Source: Antedon mediterranea
Taxonomy: Eukaryota > Animalia > Echinodermata
Assembly (NCBI RefSeq): GCF_964355755.1
Contig: NC_092679.1
Span: 17,343,432 to 17,407,431 of the forward strand
Reading direction: 5' to 3'
DNA length: 64,000 nucleotides
Part shown: positions 40,622-53,000 of the stretch, piece by piece
How positions within the stretch are numbered: the first letter of the stretch is position 1
How the letters are laid out: every line of letters begins with the position of its first letter
Position numbers and translations under genes: made by a program
The notes under the pieces: generated by a model
The model's input: only the letters and a program-made list of their open reading frames with translations
Told to the model about the DNA's origin: nothing
Databases searched by the model: none

Positions 40622-41830
40622 ACCAAAGCTGTGTGTGGAGTGAGCGAGTGATATGTGGCAACATGAATTTAAAATTTGCACCGTGGAAAAACGGTGGTGA
40701 TGCTTATACGGTACAGTGTGGTGTTTTTTTTTTAATGGATTTTAAGCGGTGAAAAATGTTCTAATTTCTTCCAATCATTTACAGCCAATCTTTTAAGAAC
40801 ATTTTGCAGTAATTTATTTTCTCATACGACCCTCCGTTGAGGAATTATTCCATAATTACACCAATACCGGAAAATGCATATAATATATATAAACTGATAC
40901 AAGAGATAGGTACTTGTCATTTCAATTGCTAATTTGACCTGCATTAAAGAAAGAATAAAAGTAAGTGTAATTGATAATATCGTATTATATTGATATATAT
41001 TCCCTCGAGCAAAATATCATTCCCTCGGCGGGGATGTCAAATCTTATATTTCACCTCTACGCAGGCAATATCTGTATAATATTGCATTTATTACTGTTAA
41101 GTGTTATATACGTGTCTGTATTGTGTGTAATATAATCATCAAGGAAAACAAATTTCATGTTCAAATATGCCAAATGTTTAGTCTGTGATATAAAGAAACA
41201 TCAGTAAAATATAATAATTGAATTTGTTTATTGTTAGGCTACTTTTGCCTATCTGGGTATTGAAGTGTTTCTTCAAAACAATCACTAATGTGCACTTATA
41301 GGGTAAATTTACCGAAATTAGGCTTCCATGATGTTTTTATAATAAATTAATGCTTATTCAATATTAGTAACTGGAAGCTACATTTACCGTATTTATTCGA
41401 ATAAACGCTTGCTTAGTTAACCGCAGGGCCGAACTACTTTACTGATATGTGAGTTTTACAGAATCAATAAACAACGACACACATTGCTGGTACTAAAAAC
41501 TAACAGAATAACATTAATTGTATCAACTAACAAAAGTTTCAGTTGACTAACAATAGAACAATTAGGCTACCAACACTGTGAAAATTGTAATACAAAATCA
41601 AAAGGGGTGGGACTGAATTCCTTATAGTAAATTGGACGCGCTTGTTAAAACGCTACAAACAAGAGTGAATTTGAAAACAAAAATTGGGGTTTTAAAAACT
41701 ACTCATATAAACAATCCTGTACATTCAATCAAATTGTATTTTAAAGTCACAAATAGGCCTATTACTCTTGCCTCTCGTACAAAAATGAAAGAAACGAAGA
41801 GCAATATCAACCAATCTAATTGGAAAGCTA

Positions 41831-42472
41831 GGATGGGTCCTCCTAAATACCAAGACCTACCAAGAACTACCAAGACCTACCAAGAACTACCAAGACCTGT
41901 CAATTTAAAGTGTTAATTTAACGAAATATGATAGATATAGACTTCTAATAGCATTTCCAACAATAAAACCTTAATTTTAGCGCGATATAGACACCAATAT
42001 TTGACGCAATACGGACTTTGTGACGCAATGTATGCATCAACTCAGTTCGTTTCACGAACGCAAAGCTTGTCAATTATTTAACATTTTTGGTGTCTATATC
42101 GCGCTAAAATTGAGGTTTTATTGTTGGAAATGCTATTAGAAGTCTATATATATCATATTTCGTTAAATAAATTAACACTTTAAATTGACAGGTCTTGGTA
42201 GGTCTTGGTAGTTCTTGGTAGGTCTAGGTAGGTCTTGATATTTAGGAGGACCTCCAATCCTAGCGGGTCCTCCTCAATACCAAGACCTTAGCTTGTCGAT
42301 TATTTAACATTTTTGGTGTCTATATCGCGCTAAAATTAAGGTTTTATTGTTGGAAATGCTATTAGAAGTCTATATATATCATATTTCGTTAAATTAACAC
42401 TTTAAATTGACAGTCTTGGTAGTTAGTTCTTGGTAGTTCTTGGTAGGTCTTGGTATTTAGGAGGACCCATCC
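41831..42472. mobile_element. Fold-back MITE with long TIRs and a duplicated right arm
   Basis: Left arm 41831-~41997 (GGATGGGTCCTCCTAAATACCAAGA plus 10-11 bp subrepeats) is inverted at ~42088-42252 and again at ~42314-42472; TA on both ends. Confidence 0.9.
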
Positions 42473-42933
42473 TATAGTTTTAGCATGGTCAAACAGTCAT
42501 CAAAATCGGAGAACAAATTGTAATGCTCGATTATGTTTCTCTTTTAATTTATAGGGATTATTTGAATATGCATGTTACCATATTACACCCCGTATTACAC
42601 CAAAAACACGGCGCATTATGACCCATATTCATTATTATTATTTATATTATTTATAGGCTTTACAGAGAATATTATATAGAATAATAGGGCGGTATTGGTT
42701 GGGAGTTCTATATGGGCCCATACGAAGATGTCACAATATAATATAGGCTATAAATACATAATAGTGAAACAAACTAACAATTACGAATAAATTAGAAAAA
42801 AATATGGAAGGCTACTTATTATCAGGTATATTTTTATTTTTATTTTTTAAACTAACATCGAACAAATCCATCAATAAAATAGAATTACTGTATAACACCA
42901 TAGGCAACTTTCTATTGACAATGATAACACATT

Positions 42934-43291
42934 GGAATTTCCAATCTTGTAATTAACTGGAAAAGGAATGAAGTAAAATTCACGGAATAATTACTATAAT
43001 CAGTAGTGCCGTGTGCAAACCAACCAATCAGGCAGCTCAGTGGTCGGTATTTCCACGTTTCATCAACACGGGGAATACCCAGCATCCACAATGAACAAAG
43101 GGCAGAGCGACGATAGATATAAACTACAATTACTGTATCTCATTATTATGAGTTAGCGTATTTTGCCGAATAGAAGAATAATTATGTATCAGCATTGCAT
43201 ATTTGTATATATTTATCGACTGATGATCCGAACGAGGCAACAAACGTACGACGAGCTAGGCCCAAAGCCCACACTTCGAGACTGTGTAAGT
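42934..43291 (+). promoter_or_regulatory. Probable promoter and non-coding first exon of the NOV-like gene
   Basis: GGAATTTCC at 42934, CCAAT at ~43024, kB-like GGGGAATACCC at 43070-43080, CpG-enriched segment ending in a gtaagt donor after 43285; acceptors just upstream of ATG 44091. Confidence 0.6.
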
Positions 43292-44090
43292 ATGTAATCA
43301 TGGCGGGAATACACGCGAGCCTAGGCTATATTTTACAGTGAACCCTTCTATCATATACTGCCTAGGCCAGCCTACCCTGCTAAACAGACTAGGCTAGCTA
43401 GCTGTAGAGTGATGGGACATCTACTGTAGTAGGAAAAGTAACATTCATGTTGCCCTGGTGTGTAAGTTTGCTGCTAATGCAGTTTCGTATAATTGCGAGT
43501 AATTTTAAGGGGTAAGTTTGAAACTGCATAATAGTAGTGCCCAGTCTGTTTAATGAACACTATGCATGCATATTTAGTATTTGACTGGCTATCAGCACTA
43601 ATTCAAGTGTTCTGTTTTTTACTGGCAACGTCAATCGTACATAATCATTAATTCTATTGTCTTATCGACACAGGGAACTAGAGAACCGGACTAACGTAAT
43701 TTTACATATTATATACAGATAAAAAATAATTTTTAATTTCATTTTAGTTATCAAGAGAGGAGGGGAAGCGCACACCACTAGCGTTCCTCTTGGTTTTATG
43801 CTCATTACAATCAATACTTAATTAAAAATATCAATTAACACTATATAAATTATTGATAAAAACACAGTTATACAATGCATTTCAAATGGAAATTTAATTT
43901 GTAAGTCTTTCTTTATTTGGTTCATCCAGTTATTTCTTGGTCTTCCTACAGGTTGTTTTACTTTCCTGTTAGTTTCCTTCATTGTTTGTTTGATTAGGGT
44001 ATCATCCGGTAATCTAATTATGTACTATATGCTAAAATCGATAAACAAACTTGTTATATTTGTTTTTCAGTAATACTTTCTATAGGCATC

Positions 44091-47000
44091 ATGGCGCAAA
44101 AGCATACACACAAAGATGATATTAAGAAAAACATTAAGGAACTTCTTGAAAAAGAATCGGGTGAAATTCCAATAAATGACCTGGCAACCAAATATAATAC
44201 CTACTTTAAAAAAGATATTGTATTACGCAGATATGGTATCAATGGAATTAAATGTATACCAGACGTTTTTAACTGTTTTGAAATAGTCAAGAAAAAAGGA
44301 ACAGCAGTTTTGCGATTAAAAAAACAGGTAGTCAAAGTCCCAAAAGAAAATGTGAAAAGTAAACCAGTTGCAGTCACCTCAAATCAGGGCTCAAGTGTTA
44401 CCAAAAAAGTTGAAAAAACTGTCAAAAGCAAAAGTGCTTCAAGTACTTCCACCAAGAAGGTGCAAGAAACGGCACAAACTGTATCACAGTCTCCATTATT
44501 GCCATTAATGGGCATTGATACTGGCAAATTTTTTTCTGAAACCCTTGAAAATACTATAAGATCTCTTAAGGATCCTGTTGAAAAAACAACAACCTCCCAG
44601 CAACCTGTAACAGCTTCAGGATTTTTCCCTGCCCATCAGATGCCCACTTTCGGTAATATTACTTTTGGAGATAATGTTACCCTACCAAATCAATCATTTG
44701 GACAAGAGAATGTAAATCGGCAGCCAAGAAGCGAAATGCAAATTAATAATCCTTCACAATTGCTCCAAGAGTCCCAACAAAAAGAAAAAGATCTTCAGCA
44801 ACCTGGAAAAGCTGCGGAATTTTCTCAACACTTCATGTCTCCTGCCCATCAGATGCCCACTTTTGGTAATATTACGTTTGGAAATAATGTTACCCTACCA
44901 AATCAATCATTTGGTCAAGAGAATGTAAATCTGCAGCCAAGAAGCGAAATACAAATGAATACTCCTGCAAGATCCCAACAAAGACATGAAAATCTGCATC
45001 AACCTGGAAAAGCTGCAGGATTTTCTCAATATTTCATTCCCTCTGCCTATCAGATGCCCACTTTTGGAAATATTGTTACCCAACCAAATCAATCATTTGG
45101 TCAAGGTACAGTAAATAGGCAGCCAAGAAGCGAAATGGCAATGAATACTCCTTCACAATTACTTCAAGAGTCCCAACAAATAATCGAAGGCTTTCCATTA
45201 TCTCCACAAAGGAAAAGAAATATTCAGAGTTCAAAACCCTCAGTGGTTTATGACAATTTGCCTCAAAACATTTTAGACACAGATGAATTCTTAGTTGGTG
45301 TGAACAGTCAGTCCAGTAATTATTGGCCATCATTAAATGAAGGCGCAACAATGAAAAAGAAAGACAAGAAAAAGAAAGATCCAAAAGCAGAATCAGAAAA
45401 CCGCAGGATAAAATTTGATCACTTGGATGTTTCTACACTTCAACAGACAAGGGGCAGAAAAAGACCAACAAGAGAGGAACTCAATTCACGAGCTTCATTT
45501 CATATCCAAGCACTCTCAGAACAAAATGAACATGTTAGTATTGAGTTGGTTATGAAAGGTGTCAGAGAATATTTTGGCCAGAATAATATCAAACAGCTTG
45601 GGTTAAATAGAGAAACTGATCTGGAAGTAATTCGAGAACATCAACGCTTACTGTGTCGCATCAATGCCTACATATCAGCTTTTTGTAAGTGTCGTTCTAT
45701 AGCAACACTGTTTGAATTACTTGAAGATCTTCACAATATTCAAGAGGGCAAAGACAGCTTTGAGGATTTAAACGTGGGACCTCTTAGTAAATTCCCTGAA
45801 GTTTATAATGTTTTTAAATTTCCTCCGTACCAATCCGATCAAGATATTATAAAAGTTACTACAATGGATATTTTGGGCCTTTTGAAGGAACACATGTCAA
45901 GAAAGGACCTCTGGAGAACCAAGGTTGACTTAAAGGAATTCATGGAGTACATAATGAGCCACTATGAAGTATCAGACCCTTATCAACTTGGAATTCGTGT
46001 GCAGAGTGTTGCACTTGGAGTTTCGGTAAGTATACCATACATAATTGATAAATAATGATATAGTATGTCTGCCTGCAGTGGTGATTTAATAGTACCATGT
46101 ATATTCACCACTAACAAGTTGAATGGAATTCTGTTTAACTGCACAGAAGAGCTTATTTTAAACTCTCTCTCCGACAGGAAGCTTCACAACACTTCTTAAA
46201 AAGAAAACTAGATTTTATAGTTAATTACGAAAACAATTTTTATAGGTTATCAAAAAGGCTCAACGAGAAGAGAAAACCACAATGGAGCAATGCCGTAAAA
46301 CAATTGTAGAACAGTTAAAGCAAGAGGTAGAAGCATCACTGCAAAGTGTCAAGAAGTCTATACTTGATCCAGCCAATGTTAACCGTGAGTCATCGAAATT
46401 GGACAACCGGAAGCGATATGCTGATATGACTGCTGGGGAAGCCATTCTTAAGGTCTTTGAGAATGCTCGTCCGTTGTTGGAACATGAGCCGAGGCTTCGA
46501 AGTTTGTTTCGTGCACTTCCTGCAGTTGTAAATAACGAGGTTGCAAGGAATCTTTTCCATCTTGCTGTATGTCTTGGCAGCATGGAAATTCCTGAAGAAT
46601 ACCAACCAGGATATGAAGAAGAGGCAGTCGAAACAATCAATGCGTTAGACAATAAAGTTGAGCAAGAACCTGTATGCACCAATAAGATTCCTGATGAAGG
46701 TAAACTATTGCGGTCATTTTCAGAGTTACCCTTTTCATATATAATCTCTTTTCTTTTTTGTTGATGTTGTTGTGTTGCATCCTCTAGTGCGAGTGACCAC
46801 GCCAGTATATTGTTGACATACTAATTGTAACAATTGAAATAAATTGAATCAATGAATTGATTTTTACAGATGAGATTATTTCTGACATTGGGCAGTTTCT
46901 TAATAAAATCAAAGAGGTTCCAAATCTTAAAGACCTTTGCTTAATTGAAATAAGATTGTGCAAGAGTAAAAAAGTATCAAGTTTTTTGGATTTGAAAAAG

Positions 47001-50000
47001 GGAACTTTTCTGCAGTTTCTTACAAAAACTCCAAAGGTTTGTTTATTTTATTATTGAATAGTACGTTATTTAAATTTGAAATATGTAATTGTGCATAGAA
47101 ACAATCAAATACTTGTTGACTTATGAAATCATACAGTACAATACTCTACACCAGTTACACAACTTTCACATAAACATTAACAAAGTATAGATAAATCACA
47201 AAGATATTTAGATATATATAATTTCATGTGTGTGATACAGCTTCTTCAACAGTTTGGAGGCAGTATTATTGGCACATCAAGCAGTTTGAATGCTAATGGA
47301 ACACCATACCACCCTTCTACACATGATCTTACTGACTTCATCAGACAGTGTGGAAAGCAGAACATGGTTTGTGCTCAATTAATATACTTAGGTAGTGCAT
47401 GAAGGTATCCCCATGGCTGGTGCAAGATTACGAAAGTTAAGTTTTGGCCAGTCTAAAACGGTTAGGCTGCTGTAAACAATGGATTTTATGCAAACTGTAT
47501 GTAACTGATGCCTAATAACAATTATATATCTGTTATAAATTGATGCACAGTACAGCAACTGTTGACAAATGAAATGAAGGGCCTTAGCCACCTGTCCGTT
47601 TGGTAAGGTTTCAATCTGACCACTTTTTCACAGAGGCCTTTGACAACCCATTTGTTCTTGCGAAAACCAGACCACTTTATTTCTCATGGCTACTGTACAT
47701 CACTGAAATGCCACATGCATGTAGCTGTATTAAATCAGTTATTGTGGAGATACCATTGACTACAGAACAAGAATGCTAAGTTGGAGAGAGTTAATGATAG
47801 TGTCACAATTTTATTTATATGGTAATTGGTATTTTGATATACAGACTATAAATATAATAGCTATTTTATTTATTTTCAGAATGATGTTAAAGCTGTTGAA
47901 ACTGCTTTGTGTGAGCATTTCCAGACAACATCAGTTGATACCATCGGAAAAGGTTCTATACAACTACTTGTTTCCAAGGCAAAGAACATCCCCCAAAATG
48001 ATGAACAAAACTGTGTTACATATGAACAAGCTGTGTGTTCTCAAAACAGGTACCACCAGTAATTTGATAGTACCAGCCGGTTACACATGTCTGTTTATTC
48101 TAGTTAACTGATATTCCTGCAAATGTCTAGTGAACAGTTTCTTCACTAGCCAAATGTAAAATTATTTTTGGACAAAACAGTAGATACTGTAGTTTATGTT
48201 CACACAGGCACAGAACAAATTATATATAGTAAAGTATAGATTACACAACCTTTTAGATAAAGTAAAGTTATTTGTTTGGTTATCATTGGTTGCCGCTCTC
48301 TTTATTCTTATTACAGTTTGTGTTAGAATTTTGATTATATTTTGTTTTTGCCATGATGGTTTTAATATAAAATGTGTGGCTTGTCACTTGTTATTGTGAT
48401 ACACAATGATAAGTAAACAATTAATTATATTCGTTAATTTATTTTATAAGAAAAAAAGGATTCTCGGCCAAGAATTTTGGATTACGTGGGCACCAAAGTG
48501 TATGTAACGCCATGCTAGTTCTGAATTCTACCCCATTACTGAACGACTTTGCCGACTGGTCTCAGTGGGATCTGATCTTTAAACCTGAACATGGAGAATT
48601 GAAACATTTCATTGAGAAGTGGTCTGGTGTAATGGTTCCATGTGAACAAGATGGTAATGAATTAAACGTGTTTATAATTTAATTAGTTAAAATCGTACTT
48701 GAAGGATTGTTATTTTATTGAAACCTTATGCAAATATGTCATTTGTGTACCCCAAAAAAGTATCTACAGTATAACAATCAATGTACAGTAAAGATATACA
48801 GCAGAGATGTAAAGTAGATACAAAATGTGGGCCAAACATTTCAAGAGTGGCTGCTTAAATTACGCTATGGGAAGACTTGAATGGGTGCTATAGTCAACTC
48901 TATCCATCAATATAGTTTGTAAACCAGATATATTTGTTTTTTCAGATTACCAACTGAATGAGCCTATCAAGATACTTGCATTGGAAACTCGACCTGGAGT
49001 TCTGTTGAAGTTAGCTTCTGAAACATCAGTTGATTTGTTCAAAACATCAGCAATTCAAGGAGATGCTAGGCTTACTGCTGGGCACTTAGTTTCAATTGTA
49101 ACCAAGGACGGTATCCAAAATGCTCCTCTTAACCTTCTGCAGAATCATTATGAGTTGGCCCTAAATGAGATACTGGCTAAAGATTATATGCCAGTTCCTG
49201 GTGGACCACCAGAGAAGTCTGATTCTGACATCAAAGTTGTTACTTTTGTTCTGGATTGTCTAGTTCTACTACCAACCAACCTTTGTTTTGCTGTGTCAGA
49301 GGCAAGTACAAACAAAACGGTGCAAGTGTAAATGTACACTGTATATTTTTTTAGAAAATGATAACAAGATGGAAATTTGTCTTTATTTATGATAGAATGC
49401 ATTAATGTTTAGGAAAGAATTAGGTTGCTGTAGATTTGAGAACTTCTGTAAAAGTTTTAAATATTTATGAAATTTTTTTTAGGTTTTTCTAAAACCACTG
49501 TCCACTGTAATAGGAGACAAACGGTCTAAAAAGTTACTCAATGAAGCTTGCATGACAACAAACCAGTTGAACAGGATGCAACGGCTTGGTTTCTTACTAG
49601 GAATTGTTGAATGGTCAGAAACATTTGACCTGAAACTAAAAAATCCTAATTTTGCTGACAATTACCAAAATGATGATGATGAGTCAATTGATATTGCTGA
49701 CCTTTTGCCAGAAACAGAAAATGACCAACCAGAGGTAAATAGTTGTGCATACTGCTGTAATCACGCATACTTTTTATTTTCAAACTACTTCTAACTGTAG
49801 TTACTGTAATTTTCCCATGGCCAAAAACACCACTACCTAAAAAGCCTACATTGCCTTGATTTGGATTTATTTGGACAATTTTTTTTCTAATAACTGTTTT
49901 ATATTTTAAGATTCTGGAATTAGAAAGGGAAGAGGACATAAGTGATGAAAGTGAAAACTTCTCTGAAACAGATACAGATGAAACACCACCAGCTACAGAA

Positions 50001-53000
50001 ACACCATCATCTGTAGATGAAACACCACCTGCTACAGAGTCAAATGAAAATGGTATGTAATGTCCTTTTATAATTCCACATCTTAATCCGTTAAGATTCA
50101 AGAAGGATCATTCATTAAATATTATTTTACTTCAGAACTTTCATCGTCAAGTGAGAATTTGAAAGAAAAAGACCCTGAAATTGAAAAAAATGATGACATC
50201 AAAAGTTTAGAGGAAACAGGCGAAGGTGAGGATACTGATAAAGAAAATGAAGAAGTAGATGTCCAATCAGAAGAAGAGACTGCTGCTGATGATGAAATTG
50301 TGGAACCAGTAACCCCACTCACTCCACGGCAGATAGAAATGCAAGAGTGCAAAGCCATTGTTGACAAAATTCGCAAAGATGAATTTGGTATCAATGCCGT
50401 ATTGAACAAAGATGGTGAAGAATTGATAGCAAGACAGAAACTCAGAATCGCCAGAAGTTTAGAGAGACTGTCCTCTGAACTGTACACTAAAGATACACAC
50501 TTTGTACTCGAGTTGGTTCAAAATGCTGACGATAATACTTACAAGGAACAATGCCAACTGCCTTCATTGTTGTTTGTTTTGGAAGATGGTAGCATTACTG
50601 TCTACAACAATGAGAGGGGCTTTAGTGGTGAGAACATACAGGCATTATGTGATGTGGGTAAAAGTACCAAAGGCAAACACAAATATGGTTATATAGGTAA
50701 TTCTGTTTTTTTTACAATCATTTATAATTGAATAGAGAATCACCGAAGTAATGAAAAAGAAAATATAGGCATGCATGTGATATACTTATGTGGAAGTTAA
50801 GTTTAGAATTACCAACTAACTCCATAAAAATATTACCTGTATCACCTTCTGTATTTATATACACTTCTGAATTTCAGGTCATAAAGGGATTGGTTTCAAG
50901 TCTGTCTTCAGAGTGACTGATAGACCAGAGATACACTCAAATGGATTTCATATCTGCTTTGACCGTCAAACTGACCCCCTAGGATACATTCTACCCACCT
51001 GGATAGGTGCCTCCAAACCAAGAGATGTTACTGAAGAAGATGATGATGATTCAAAGGGGTGAGTGCTGCTTCATTTTCACTATTTTACGATTATTTATTC
51101 TATTTTGCTTACATAGGGTCACTAAATTCAAATTGGGGTCAATTGAGTGCTTGAATGAGTAAATATATATTGTATATTATTATTTTTAAACTGTTCATTT
51201 TTTCTCTAGGTGGCAGACAAGAATTTTACTACCTTTGAAGAGTGACGTTTGTAAAACAAACAAACTCCTGAATCGATTTGATGACATTCAGCCGTCACTC
51301 CTGCTGTTCCTGCACAGACTACGTTCAATTCAAGTTGTTAATCAGGTAAGAAAGTATAATACTTACTTCAAGCAATGAATTATACAAGAAAACAAAAAGA
51401 ACAAATAAAGTATGAAGCTCTGTCTACACTATCAAACTTTATGTGACAAAAAAATGTGATGTGCCCAAATATGGGCATGGACATTTTTTTGTCATATAAA
51501 GTTTGATAGTGTAGACAGAGCTTAATAAAACATGTGTACTGATAGTTTTCTTAGTTGGACTTGCTTTCATTACAAGTATACAGTACAATAGAAGAATTAA
51601 TGATACAACATACCGACTTCACTACTCTCCTAATTAAGCATATTATATACAGTAGTAGTAATGAAATATTTTTAACATTATACTTTAATAATCTATTTTT
51701 ACAGCCAAAACACACAAAGGCAGAAATGAAAAGGATTGATCATCCAAAGAGTGTCATTGAGATAAAACACACCAATGGAACTGACTTTTGGCTTGTTGTC
51801 AGAGACATGATAAACGTAGATGAATCAATGGTATGTAGTTTAAACCCATTCTTAATGAAATTATAATTTTATAGAAAATTTGCATATATGTAATAACTCT
51901 TTTCATTTCAACATTGTTGTTTTTAGTGTGACAGAGCTAACATGGAGTCCACTGAGCTTGCTTTGGCTTTTCCTCTGCCAAAGGACAAAAGCATATCTGA
52001 AGTTGTTATGAAGGATCAGTATGTTTTTGCATACTTGCCTCTGAGGAGCTATGGATTCAAATTTATTATACAAGGTAATTTTATATGTCAAATTTAAGTA
52101 TGACTTTAAAATTTTTACGAGTGAGATAATGTTGACCAATGTAAACCACAACAAGTAAAGTAGATAACATTGTAAAGTGGTCTACTAGAAACCATACAAT
52201 TTTAATTTAAACTTGTTATTATAACCTTGTTTTAGGTGACTTTGACATCCCATCTTCACGTGAAGATGTTGACAGTGACAGTGCCTGGAACCAATGGATC
52301 AAACAGCATTTACCTGCTCTTTTTATTAAAGCTCTGCAATACTTTAAGGTAAGTTGTTATTAAGTAAGATATGTAGTACTTTTAAGGTACAACATTATCA
52401 AGATTCAAGTAATTAATGCAGTGGCATTACTGTTTTTAAACCAATGATAACATTGTATTTTATGATGTTTATATTTATACAGGAATACTATGGTTGCAAG
52501 GACGAAGAACTAGCAGTGTGTAGATTCCTTCAATTTGTACCAGTGGAAGGCCAGATTTTAGGCTTCTTTGAGAGTGTTGCCAAAGAAATTCATCAAAAAC
52601 TGAAGTCTTCTCCATGCCTACCTGTTGTGTCACCAGATGGTATATATTCTTTTGTTCTAATATTAAAAGTATTTTAACATTTAAAAAAATGCATCTTAAA
52701 CAGAATGTAAATGAAATAGAAATTGCTCCTATATCTCTTCAATAAGATTTCTTGCAAAAGATATTCTTAATTGTTTATCTAAATTTGGCAGGAATTATGA
52801 TATTAATTATTAATCTTTAACAGATACTGGATCAACCATCTGGAAGCAGCCATCACAAGCCATCATTCATGATCCATTGGTACAAGAACTTGTATCTTCA
52901 ACAGCTTTGAACCGCCATCTTGATTGCTATTATCTTAGCAACACTGTTAGCAAATTGCTTAATGCTTCCCTCTTAAAGAGTCTTGGTGTAAAGACAATCA

